From: a bacterium
GTDB taxonomy: Bacteria > JADJOY01
DNA length: 64,000 bases
Assembly: GCA_046331705.1 (NCBI GenBank)
Contig: JAXLQJ010000002.1
Span: 266,370-330,369, forward strand
Reading direction: 5' to 3'
Shown piece after piece: positions 39,603-49,035 of the stretch; positions within the stretch are counted from its first letter, which is position 1, and each line of letters begins with the position of its first letter. The notes under the pieces were generated by a model. The model did not search any database. It was not told the DNA's origin and saw only the letters and a list, made by a program, of their open reading frames with translations. Both the position numbers and the translations under genes were made by a program.

Positions 39603-40540
39603 ACCGGTCGTTTCCGTTCCATCCGTTTCCCAGCGGCTGGTACCAGGTCGCCTACGGCGAGGAGCTCGCGCCCGGCGACGTGCGCGCGCTTCGCTACTTC
39701 GGCCGCGATCTGGTGCTGTTTCGGACCGAGTCGGGCGCGGCGCGCGTCTTCGACGCCCACTGTGTCCACCTGGGCGCCCATCTCGGCGTGGGCGGGCGCG
39801 TGGTGGGCGAGAGCCTGCGCTGCCCGTTCCACGCGTGGCGCTGGGGCGCGGACGGTGCGTGCGTCGAGGTGCCGTACAGCGTGCGCCCGCCGGCGCAGGC
39901 GCGGATGCGCTCGTGGCCCCTGTGCGAGGTGAATGGGCTCGTGATGGTGTTCCACGACGCCACCGGTGCCGCGCCCTCGTGGCACGTGCCGGTGCTGGCG
40001 GAGGTGGGCGCCGACGAATGGACGCCCTTCGAGAAGCGACGCTGGAAGATCCGCACTCAGCCGCAGGAGATGGCCGAGAACGCCGTCGATCGCGCGCATT
40101 TCCGCTTCGTCCACGGCACGCTCACGCTGCCCGAGACGGTCGCTGAGGCGGACGGTCCGGCGTTGCGGGTGCGATCGAAGATGAAGCTCGGCACACCGAT
40201 GGGCGAGATGGACGGCGCCATCGAATCGGATTCGTGGGGTTTCGGGTTCGGAGCGGTGCGCTTCAAGGGCATCGTCGAGACGTTGCTCGTGACCTCGGTC
40301 GTGCCGATCGACGGCGAGCATGTCGACGTCTGGTTCTCGTTCAGCATCCGGAAGCTCGGCAGTCGCGGCGCCACCCGCGGCGTGGGTGCCGCGCTGATCG
40401 CCGACATCGAGAAACAGCTCGCCGAGGACACGCCGATCTGGGAGAACAAGGCGCACCTCGCGCAGCCTTGCCTGAGCCCCGACGACGGCCCCATCGGCCT
40501 CCTGCGCCGCTGGGCGCAGCAGTTCTATCCGGCGGCGTAG
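39599..40540 (+). CDS. Rieske sterol oxygenase (KshA / cholesterol 7-desaturase-like)
   Basis: FPSGWY, CVHLG, CPFH, ENAVDRAHFRFVHG, DTPIWENK, RRWAQQFY. Confidence 0.85.
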   Translation: MNRSFPFHPFPSGWYQVAYGEELAPGDVRALRYFGRDLVLFRTESGAARVFDAHCVHLGAHLGVGGRVVGESLRCPFHAWRWGADGACVEVPYSVRPPAQARMRSWPLCEVNGLVMVFHDATGAAPSWHVPVLAEVGADEWTPFEKRRWKIRTQPQEMAENAVDRAHFRFVHGTLTLPETVAEADGPALRVRSKMKLGTPMGEMDGAIESDSWGFGFGAVRFKGIVETLLVTSVVPIDGEHVDVWFSFSIRKLGSRGATRGVGAALIADIEKQLAEDTPIWENKAHLAQPCLSPDDGPIGLLRRWAQQFYPAA

Positions 40541-40751
40541 ACCGCTCCGGTCGGGCACGGCGGGTGCGGCATCGCACCCGATCCGCCGGACGTCGCGGCA
40601 GGGCGGCAGCGCTGGCGCGCGAGCGATCTCGCCGTGCGCCGTGGTGCGTTCCGGCCGGCTCGCGCGCTCGTGCTCGCCCGCGGTCCGTCGTCGTCGCCCT
40701 TGGCGGCGCGCGCGCTCATCGGGCACCATCGCCGCGGCGCGAGGAGAAACC

Positions 40752-41543
40752 GTGATCGAAGCGATCGGTATCACGCAGCACTATGGCGTCCGGCCCATCC
40801 TGCGGGACGTGAATCTGCGGGTCGAGACCGGCGAGCTGGTCGCGATCATGGGGCCGAACGGGACGGGCAAGACCACGCTGCTCAAGGTGCTCGCGGGAGT
40901 GCTGTCGCCGCAGTCCGGATACGTCGTGGTCGACGGTCTTCGGCGGCGCTCCTCGCCAGCGACCGAGCTTGCGATTCGCAAGCGAACGGTGTTCCTGCCC
41001 GCCGAGCCTTGGGTCGCGCGTACCAGCACCGGGCGCGAGTTCCTGCTCGCGGTCGGGCGGCTGTGGGAGATCGGTGACGAGCGGCTGCTCGATCACGTCG
41101 AGCACGTGCTGGACCTCTTCCGCCTGAGCCACAAGGCCGACGCCGCGATCGGCTCCTATTCGACCGGTGAGCGCAAGAAGATCGCGCTAGCCGGGGCGCT
41201 CGTCACCGACGCCAAGGTGATGATTCTCGACGAACCCTTCGCGGGAGGTCTCGATCCCGCGGGGATCGCGGCGCTCACCCGGGTGCTGCGCTCTTTCGCG
41301 GTGCGAGGCGAGCGAACCATCGTGATCGCGACGCCGGTGCCGGAGCTGGTCGAAGGATTGGCTCATCGAGTGGCGATCGTGGGCGACGGTTCGGTGCTGG
41401 CGTTCGATACGCCGGCGCGGCTGCGTGAGCTCGTGCGCGCCGGTGCCTCGCTTCAGGAGGCGATCGAGCGATGGTCGGCCGGCGACTCGGACGACGCCGT
41501 CGAGCGATATCTCGACTTCGAGGGCACATGCGGCGCTGGTTGA
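40752..41543 (+). CDS. ABC transporter ATP-binding protein
   Basis: GPNGTGKT, YSTGE, ILDEP. Confidence 0.9.
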   Translation: MIEAIGITQHYGVRPILRDVNLRVETGELVAIMGPNGTGKTTLLKVLAGVLSPQSGYVVVDGLRRRSSPATELAIRKRTVFLPAEPWVARTSTGREFLLAVGRLWEIGDERLLDHVEHVLDLFRLSHKADAAIGSYSTGERKKIALAGALVTDAKVMILDEPFAGGLDPAGIAALTRVLRSFAVRGERTIVIATPVPELVEGLAHRVAIVGDGSVLAFDTPARLRELVRAGASLQEAIERWSAGDSDDAVERYLDFEGTCGAG

Positions 41544-42739
41544 AGTTGGTGCTGCCGGCGTGGTGGTGGGTCGGGCTCGCGCTCGCGTTCTATCTCGTGG
41601 TGTGGGGGCTGGATCTCTGGGTGAGGCTCTTGCCCGCGCACGCCGTGGCGGCGCGCCATCCCTCGGCCAGCGCGGCGCGACTGGTTCGCTTCTACTGGCA
41701 TGTGCTGTGGATGCCTCCGCACGATGCGACGCTCCGCCGCTGGGCGCTCGATTTCTGGATGATTCACTACGGCCTCTTCCGAGCGCTCGGATTCCACCCG
41801 CTGGCGAAGAGCGACTACCGCGAGTGGTTCGCGGCGACGCCGTGGCGCCCCGGCAAGGAGCTGCCGTGTGGACCCGTCCAGCTGGTGCGTCAGGACCTCG
41901 TCCTGGTCTCGGTGACGAGCTACCTCTTGCTGGCGGCGCTCGACCCGTGGCCCATCGATCCCGCGCTCTTCTTCCTGGCGGCCTACGTGTGCGGCGGCGC
42001 ACTGTTGCTTCGCCTCCAACGTTCTGCGACAGCGGGCTGGCTCCTCGCGGGCGCCGGATTGGCGGTGCTGTCGTGGCCGAACCGGCCCGCGGTTCTCGTC
42101 ATCCTGGGGGCGCTGAGCGCCGCGTGCGGGAGGGCGCTACGCGGCTCGCTCGAGGAGATCGTGGGGATTGGTGCGCCTACGCGATCCGAACCGGATTCCA
42201 AGCTCGTCTCCAAGGTCGGGCTCTCCCTCGCGGCCATGTCGCCGGGTGCCGCGAAGCCGCGCGTCGGGCGACTCTCCGCGCGACTGGGAGCCATCGGTTT
42301 GCTCGCGTGGTGGTACTTCGTGTTGATCCGTGCCGCCGAGGATTCGGCGGGTGACGTCTGGGAGATCGCGGAGTTCCTCGGGGGATTCGTGATTCTCTGG
42401 GCGGTGCTTGCGCGGCTCGTGCGATATCTGGAGGGGCACGGCTCGCCGCTCGGGCTCGCCGCGCGCTTCGCCGTGCGCAGGCTCGTGGTGCCGAGCTTCG
42501 ATGTCGTCTTCGTGACGCCCCTCGTGATGCTGACGCTCGGATTCGGGTTGCCGCACCTGTTGCGAGGAGTGGTGGGCGATGGGCTGGCGTGGAGCGTCGC
42601 GGTCTTGGCGACGCTCGCTTGTGGCGTGCTCGGCGGACCCGACTGGCAGCGCTGGCGGCTCACCGCCGAGCACACCGTGCGCGTCGACGGCACGACGGGT
42701 GGGGGCTTGCAGATCGAGCTCACGCCGCGCACGAGCTGA
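41528..42739 (+). CDS. Multi-pass membrane protein, probable ABC permease
   Basis: Many hydrophobic segments; overlaps the ABC ATPase stop. Confidence 0.7.
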   Translation: MRRWLKLVLPAWWWVGLALAFYLVVWGLDLWVRLLPAHAVAARHPSASAARLVRFYWHVLWMPPHDATLRRWALDFWMIHYGLFRALGFHPLAKSDYREWFAATPWRPGKELPCGPVQLVRQDLVLVSVTSYLLLAALDPWPIDPALFFLAAYVCGGALLLRLQRSATAGWLLAGAGLAVLSWPNRPAVLVILGALSAACGRALRGSLEEIVGIGAPTRSEPDSKLVSKVGLSLAAMSPGAAKPRVGRLSARLGAIGLLAWWYFVLIRAAEDSAGDVWEIAEFLGGFVILWAVLARLVRYLEGHGSPLGLAARFAVRRLVVPSFDVVFVTPLVMLTLGFGLPHLLRGVVGDGLAWSVAVLATLACGVLGGPDWQRWRLTAEHTVRVDGTTGGGLQIELTPRTS

Positions 42740-43112
42740 GCCCACCGCCAAGACGTGGATCGGCGGCCGTGGTCGGTCGTGGTGCGCGGCAGCGACGCCG
42801 GTCATGACTCGGTCGTGGGTTCCGTGGCGACGAGCTTCGAGACCGAGACCGGGACCCGGATCGCGAGCGACAGCGTCGCATGACATCCCCGGGAGGGTTC
42901 GCCGAGGCGTTCGCGTCCGGTGACGAGTCGATCGCGCCGTGCGCCGCCGCGCACGGAGTCAGGCCCGACGGCGGAGGTCGTGCTCCCGCGCGGTGACCCA
43001 GACGATCCGCTTGCCGGCACGACGGGGCTTTCTCGCGCACGCGGGCGGCGCTCTCGACGCGCGGGACGTTCGTTCGTGAGAGCCCGCTTGCGCCGCATGC
43101 GCCGCGCGTGCG

Positions 43113-45518
43113 ATGAGTCCGGCGCACGAATGCATTCGCGCCGGTGCACGCGGATCGGCGAGCGCGAGCGGAGCGAGGGGACGCGTGGAACGGCTCATCC
43201 ATCGATTGCTGCGGCATCGGGCCTGGGTTCTCCTCGGCCTTGCCGTCCTCACCGCGCTCTTCGCGGCAGCGCTGCCGCGGGCGCAGGTGCGCAGCACGCT
43301 CACGGGGCTCTTCTTCGACGACGACTCGGAGTTCGTCCACTTCCGCAAGCGCGCGCTCCCCTTCGGCACCGACGAGGTGCTGGTCGTGGGCTTCCCTGCG
43401 GCCGCGCCGCTTGCCGCCGACACGATCACTCGACTCGAGCGCGCCGTGCGCGCCGTCGAGGATCTACCCGAGGTCGAGCGCGTCACCTCGATCCTCGACT
43501 CCACCCGCGTGGTCGCCGACGCGGAGGGCGCCGAGATCCGGCGCTTCGTGGACGAGGCCCGTCGCCCCGGCGCCGACCGTCTGCAGCTCGAGCGCGAGCT
43601 GACGCTCGACCGGCGCTCCCGCGGCATCGTGATCAGCCCCGCGGGCACCGACCTGGCGGTGCTGATCGAGCTGGTCGACGACGAGCACCGGCCCGCGGAG
43701 GCGGGGCCCGCGTTCGTCCGCGCGGTGGTGGATCGGTTCGAAGGCGCGGGCTTCGAGCGCGCGAGCCTGCACCTCGACGGCCCCGTCGCGGTGATCGGCG
43801 GGCTCGTCGACGAGACCTACCGCAACATCTACAAGCTGCTGCCGCTCTCGGTGCTGGCCTTGGCGGCCACCGGCCTGGTGCTGTTCCGCCGAATCTTCCC
43901 GATCGCGATCACGCTCGCGGTGAGCGGCATCGCGGTCGTGTGGACGTTCGGCGCGGCGATCTGGGTGAACCCCGAGGTGAACATCTTCCTGTCGATCGCA
44001 CCTCTTTTCATCCTGGTGCTCGGCTTCTCGGAGGTGGTGCACCTCTCGAACGCATACCTGCTCGAGCTGAGCGCCGGGCGCGCGAAGGTCGACGCCATCG
44101 TGGCGAGCGCCGCCGAGGTCGGCGAAGCCTGCCTGCTCACCTCCGCCACCACCGTGCTGGGCTTCGCCTCGCTCGCGCTGGTGCCCACGCCGCTCATGCG
44201 GAGCTTCGGGCTCACCCTCGCCGCGGGCGTGGGTACCACGCTCGTCGCGTCGCTCGCGCTGACGCCGATCGTGCTCTCGTACCTGCCGGTGCCGCACACG
44301 GTGGCGCCGGGCACGCGCGGTCACGGTGGGCTCGTAGGGCGCATCATCACCTTCTGCGACGGCCTCACCAGCCGCCATCCGCGGGCCGTCATCGGTGGTT
44401 TCGCGGTGATCCTCGCGATCGCGGCGGTGGGGTTCATCGGCGTGCGCGTCGACACCTCGTTCATGGACCGCTTCTCGCCCTCGAGCCGGCTGCGGCGAGA
44501 TCACGCGTACTTCACCGAGCGCTTCGCGGGTACCGACTACGTCACCGTGCTCCTCGACACGCCGGCGCGCGACGGCTGGGTGGACCCCGAGCGGGTGCAG
44601 GCGCTCGCCGCGTACGTCACGACGCTCGAACGGGAAGCAGGCGTCGATCGGGCGCTCTCGCTGGTGGACCTCCTCGACGGGCTGGATCGCGCCATCCGCC
44701 CCGAGATTCCGCGACCTACCGCCGACCGGGGTTTCGGCCCCATGCCTGCGAGCCGCGAGGCGATCGCCCAATACCTGCTCCTTCACGAGATGGGCGCGAG
44801 CCCGGCGGACGTGGCGCGGCTGCTCGACACCGAGCGCCGCACCACGCAGGTGCTGCTGCGCGTGGAGGGCTTGCCGCTGCGGGCGCTCAACGAGCTGGGC
44901 AAGCGCGCCGCTTCGCTCGCACCCAGCTATTTCGGCGACTCCGTCCACGTGCAGGTGGGGGGAGTCTTCTTCTTCCTGGGTGGCTGGCTCGACAACATGG
45001 TCATCGGTCAGACCCGCGGTCTCGTCTTTTCGATTCTCACGATCTCCGTCGTCGTCGCCATCGGCCTGCGCTCCGTTCGCACCGGCCTCGGCGCGATGAT
45101 CCCCAACCTGCTGCCGCTCTGCTTCCTGGGTGGCTGGCTCGGTCACACCTACGACGCCGTCGACTCCGACGCGATGGTGGTCATGATGATCGCCCTCGGG
45201 ATCGCCGACGACGACACGATCCACTTCATCACCCGGCTACGCGAGGAAGCCCACCGCGCGACCACCGTCGCCGAGGCCGTCTCGCGTACGTTCCACTATT
45301 CGGGGCGCGCCATCATCACCACCGCGCTCATCCTGGTGGTGGGCTTCCTGCCGCTCGCCACCAGCGACTACCTCTCCATCCGAATGCTCGGCACCTATCT
45401 CCCCGGCACGATCTTCGTGGCGGTTCTCACCGAGGTCTTCGTCACGCCGGCACTGGTGCACCTGGGCGTGATCCGGATCGTGCCCCTGGGCGGCGCTCGC
45501 GATGCTCTGGAGGGGTGA
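43113..45518 (+). CDS. RND/MMPL-family transporter
   Basis: Two-repeat topology; LLTSATTVLGFASL, IALGIADDDTIHF, GRAIITT. Confidence 0.88.
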   Translation: MSPAHECIRAGARGSASASGARGRVERLIHRLLRHRAWVLLGLAVLTALFAAALPRAQVRSTLTGLFFDDDSEFVHFRKRALPFGTDEVLVVGFPAAAPLAADTITRLERAVRAVEDLPEVERVTSILDSTRVVADAEGAEIRRFVDEARRPGADRLQLERELTLDRRSRGIVISPAGTDLAVLIELVDDEHRPAEAGPAFVRAVVDRFEGAGFERASLHLDGPVAVIGGLVDETYRNIYKLLPLSVLALAATGLVLFRRIFPIAITLAVSGIAVVWTFGAAIWVNPEVNIFLSIAPLFILVLGFSEVVHLSNAYLLELSAGRAKVDAIVASAAEVGEACLLTSATTVLGFASLALVPTPLMRSFGLTLAAGVGTTLVASLALTPIVLSYLPVPHTVAPGTRGHGGLVGRIITFCDGLTSRHPRAVIGGFAVILAIAAVGFIGVRVDTSFMDRFSPSSRLRRDHAYFTERFAGTDYVTVLLDTPARDGWVDPERVQALAAYVTTLEREAGVDRALSLVDLLDGLDRAIRPEIPRPTADRGFGPMPASREAIAQYLLLHEMGASPADVARLLDTERRTTQVLLRVEGLPLRALNELGKRAASLAPSYFGDSVHVQVGGVFFFLGGWLDNMVIGQTRGLVFSILTISVVVAIGLRSVRTGLGAMIPNLLPLCFLGGWLGHTYDAVDSDAMVVMMIALGIADDDTIHFITRLREEAHRATTVAEAVSRTFHYSGRAIITTALILVVGFLPLATSDYLSIRMLGTYLPGTIFVAVLTEVFVTPALVHLGVIRIVPLGGARDALEG

Positions 45519-45598
45519 TTCGCCGCAGGGACTTCGCGCGTGTGCCCGACCAACCCGGACGTGACGGGGAGTCCTGTCCGAAGCGACGCCCAAGGCGG

Positions 45599-47179
45599 CT
45601 ACGCACCCGCGATGAGCGCGGCCGCTTTCTCGGCGATCAGGATGGTGGGGGCGTTGGTGTTGCCGCGGGGGATGCGGGGCATGACGGAGGCGTCGACGAC
45701 GCGCAAGCCGTCGAGGCCGTGAACGCGCAAGTCCGGCCCGACGACGGAGTCGGCGCCCATGCCCATCTGGCAGGTGCCGGTGGGGTGGTAGAGCGTCGAG
45801 ACCTTGTTGCGCACGAAGTCGGTGAGGTCGGCGTCGCTGCGGACGGCGTCGCCGGGCTGAAGCTCCGCACCGCGCAGCTTGGCGAGGGCGGGCTGGGCGA
45901 AGATCCGTCGCGCCACGTTCACGCCGTGGACGAGGCGAGCGAGATCGCGCTCGCCTGGGTCGGAGAGAAAGCCGGGGTCGATGCGGGGCGGCGTGAACGG
46001 ATCGGCGGAAGCGAGCTCGATCCGCCCCACGCTCGCGGGGGTGACGAGCACCGGCCCGGCGGTGATCGCGTGGCGAGTGGGCTCGGTCTCGAGGTTGGTG
46101 TCGAAGTAGACGGGTGCGAAGTGGAGCTGGAGGTCCGGGGCGATGAGCTCCGGCCCGCTGCGCACGAAGGCACAGACCTCGGCGACGTTCGACGTGAGCA
46201 TGCCCTTCTTGAAGAGCAGGTACTTGAGGACTTCCGCAGGACGCTGTGCGGCCATCAAGGAGCGCGCCTCGGCGGCTTCCCACATGAGCGCCACGCACAG
46301 GTGGTCTTCGAGGTGCTGGCCCACGCCGCGCAGATCGCGCAGCACGGGCACGCGGTGGGCGGTGAGCTGGTCCTTGGGGCCGACGCCCGAGAGCATGAGC
46401 AGATGCGGCGACTCGATGGCGCCGCCTGCGAGCAGGATCTCGCGCTCCGCCTCGACGATCTCGCGCTTGCCGCGTCGCTGGTATTCGACGCCGCGAGCGC
46501 GCGCGCCGTCGAAGCAGATCTTGGTGGCGTGGGCCTCGGTGATCACCGTGAGGTTCGGCCGGCGCAGCGCAGGTCTCAGGAACCCGACCGCGGCGCTGCA
46601 GCGCTTGCCGTTGCGCTGGGTGACCTGGTTGAAGCCGACGCCGTCCTGGGTGGCGCCGTTGAAGTCGGCGTTCGCGGGGATGCCGCTCTCGCGCGCGGCG
46701 GCGACGACCGCTTGCATCCAGGGGTGCGGATCCCGCAGGTCCTGGACCGAGAGCGGCCCGCCCACGCCGTGGTACGTGGAAGCGCCGCGCTGGTTGTCCT
46801 CGCTGGCGCGGAAGTGGGGAAGCACCTCGTCGTACGACCAGCCGTCACAGCCCGCAGCCGCCCAGGCGTCGTAATCCGCGCGATTGCCGCGCATGTAGAT
46901 CATCGCGTTGATCGAGGAGCTGCCGCCCAGCGTCTTGCCCCGCGGCCAGTACATGCGCCGCCCGGCACAAGCCGGTTGCGGCTCGGTCTGGTACGCCCAA
47001 TCACGCTCGCTGTGCAGCACCGTGGAGAACGCGGCGGGGATGTGGATGGCGGCGGGCGTGTCGCGCTTCCCGGCTTCCAGCAGGATCACGCGGTTCTTCG
47101 GATTCTCGGTGAGGCGCAAGGCCAGCACGCACCCCGCGGAGCCAGCGCCGACGATCACGTAGTCATAGGGCTTCGCCAT
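45599..47179 (-). CDS. GMC oxidoreductase (choline dehydrogenase-like)
   Basis: YDYVIVGAGSAG, GKTLGGSSSINAM, YHPTGTC, GNTNAPT. Confidence 0.93.
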   Translation of the reverse strand: MAKPYDYVIVGAGSAGCVLALRLTENPKNRVILLEAGKRDTPAAIHIPAAFSTVLHSERDWAYQTEPQPACAGRRMYWPRGKTLGGSSSINAMIYMRGNRADYDAWAAAGCDGWSYDEVLPHFRASEDNQRGASTYHGVGGPLSVQDLRDPHPWMQAVVAAARESGIPANADFNGATQDGVGFNQVTQRNGKRCSAAVGFLRPALRRPNLTVITEAHATKICFDGARARGVEYQRRGKREIVEAEREILLAGGAIESPHLLMLSGVGPKDQLTAHRVPVLRDLRGVGQHLEDHLCVALMWEAAEARSLMAAQRPAEVLKYLLFKKGMLTSNVAEVCAFVRSGPELIAPDLQLHFAPVYFDTNLETEPTRHAITAGPVLVTPASVGRIELASADPFTPPRIDPGFLSDPGERDLARLVHGVNVARRIFAQPALAKLRGAELQPGDAVRSDADLTDFVRNKVSTLYHPTGTCQMGMGADSVVGPDLRVHGLDGLRVVDASVMPRIPRGNTNAPTILIAEKAAALIAGA

Positions 47180-47181
47180 CT

Positions 47182-48036
47182 TCAGCTCCCCGTGGATTCG
47201 TAACGACGGATGCCGGCGTCGAGCATGCGGTTGGCAACGTAGAGCAGGGCGATGCCGACGATGGGCGTGGCGACGGCGAAGACGTGGAGGCCGCGATCCT
47301 CGAAGAACGCCGACGCCGGATAGAAGCACGCGAACCCGAACGGCAACACGAAGGTCATGAGCCACTGGATCCACTTCGGGAACACGCGCAGTGGATAGCG
47401 CGAATATTCGGTGAGCGTGAAGAGCGGCCGAAAGAGCCCATAGCGGTTGAGCCACCAGAAGCTCGCGAACGTGGTGATGAGCGCGATCCCGGCGAGGACG
47501 GCCGCGGCGGAAACGCCCATCACGCCGAACTTGGCGAGGTTCCAGGCGCTGAACGGGATGTCGAGGCGGGCGGCTGCCCAGCCGGCGATCAGCGCGCCCT
47601 TGACGATGATCGCCATGTCGAAGGGGTAGAACTGTTCCAGGATCATCTGGAGCAGCGGCGGGAACGGTCGCAGCAGCACGCGGTCGAGCAGGCCTTCCAC
47701 GAGGTAGAGATTTCCGAAATCCCACATGAGCGTGAACAAGAGGCACGAGAAGAGCCCGAACGTGAACTGGCCGAAGCCGTAGAGAAAGACCACCTGCTCG
47801 AACGACCAGCCGCTCATCGACGGCACCTCGCCGAAGACCAGCACGAAGAACGTGAGGTTCACGACGCTCCACAGGATCGTGGAGAAGAGCGAGATGGCGA
47901 GCTCGGTGCGGTAGGTGAGCTTCACCTTGAGGGTCTGGGCGATGTAGTGGCCCATGATGCCGAGCGTGCGAGCCAACGAGGCCGGCGGGGGCTCGTTCAG
48001 TCGGAGTGGGTTCGCGACTCGTTCGCCCGTGTCCAC
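47182..48036 (-). CDS. ABC-2 family permease (DUF990-like)
   Basis: GWSFEQV, GLLDRVLLRP, YPLRVFP. Confidence 0.85.
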   Translation of the reverse strand: MDTGERVANPLRLNEPPPASLARTLGIMGHYIAQTLKVKLTYRTELAISLFSTILWSVVNLTFFVLVFGEVPSMSGWSFEQVVFLYGFGQFTFGLFSCLLFTLMWDFGNLYLVEGLLDRVLLRPFPPLLQMILEQFYPFDMAIIVKGALIAGWAAARLDIPFSAWNLAKFGVMGVSAAAVLAGIALITTFASFWWLNRYGLFRPLFTLTEYSRYPLRVFPKWIQWLMTFVLPFGFACFYPASAFFEDRGLHVFAVATPIVGIALLYVANRMLDAGIRRYESTGS

Positions 48037-48037
48037 G

Positions 48038-48880
48038 TCAGCCGCCCTGCACCGAGATGTGCCGCCGTCCGAGGTCGTAAAACCGTCGCACGGCGATGAA
48101 GCCGAGACCCACCCAGGTCCATGCGACGGCGACCGCCGCGACCAGCCACGGTCCAGGGATGCGACCGAGGTAGGCCTCCGCCGGGACGTAATAGATGAAG
48201 CTGGTCGGCAGCGCCACGAGCACGTTCTCGAGCCACGCCGGAAAGAACGAGAGCGGGATCGCCGCGCCGCCGAGCAACATCAAGACCAGCTCCACCGACC
48301 AGGCGAGCTCGCCGGAGAACTCCACGAAGAAGCCGATCAGCCCAGCGAGGGTGAAGGCCAGGTTGTAGAGCAAGAAAGCCGCGAGCGTGAGCAGCAAGAA
48401 CGCGGCGAAGGTGAGGGCGTCGGGCGGTGCGGGCAGGACGCCGGCGAGGCCGAAGGCCAGCAGCGTGGGCAACCCCATCGTGAACACCTGGCTGGCACCG
48501 CGCCCGCTGATGTAGCTGATGGCGAACCACGGAAACGCGAGCGGGCGCAGCAGGAAGGTCGCGATCTGGCCGGTGCGGATGGCTTCGCCGATGAAGATGC
48601 TGATGTTGTTGGCGAAGAGCGTGCGCAGCGTCTGCATGAGCGCCACGTAGCCGGCGATCTCGGCCAGCCGGTGGCCGCCCATCACCTCGGGGCCGGTGGC
48701 GTAGAGCGCGGCGAAGATGAAGTACTGGAACGCGGCGGTGAGGGGCACCAGCACCAGCCGCATCCAGATCTGCGAGCGGTAGGCGAGCGTCTCGAGGAAC
48801 CCGAGCCGGAACACGTCCAGGTAGGGCAAGAGCGCGGGGCGCCGAACGTCGCCGGGATGGCGGGGAGTGGACGAGGTCAT
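48038..48880 (-). CDS. ABC-2 family permease (DUF990-like)
   Basis: LAYR, IRTGQIATFLLRP, GAAIPLSFFP, C-terminal VQGG. Confidence 0.85.
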   Translation of the reverse strand: MTSSTPRHPGDVRRPALLPYLDVFRLGFLETLAYRSQIWMRLVLVPLTAAFQYFIFAALYATGPEVMGGHRLAEIAGYVALMQTLRTLFANNISIFIGEAIRTGQIATFLLRPLAFPWFAISYISGRGASQVFTMGLPTLLAFGLAGVLPAPPDALTFAAFLLLTLAAFLLYNLAFTLAGLIGFFVEFSGELAWSVELVLMLLGGAAIPLSFFPAWLENVLVALPTSFIYYVPAEAYLGRIPGPWLVAAVAVAWTWVGLGFIAVRRFYDLGRRHISVQGG

Positions 48881-49035
48881 GGTCGTCCGTCCGTCGGGAT
48901 CTCGAGCACGCCGCGCGCGGCGCGGCACGCCGTCGTCGCCGAGAGCTGGCCCATGGGGCGGCGCGCGGCGCTCCCGAGCGGGCCCGAGCTGCGGCCGGCA
49001 CCGCTCGCGACGCGACTCGATCGACGCACGCTCAT

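Noticed and set aside
42920-47203. 1427-aa plus-strand ORF
   Set aside because: Arg/Ala/Gly-rich shadow frame overlapping the MMPL gene and antisense to the GMC gene; typical high-GC artefact.
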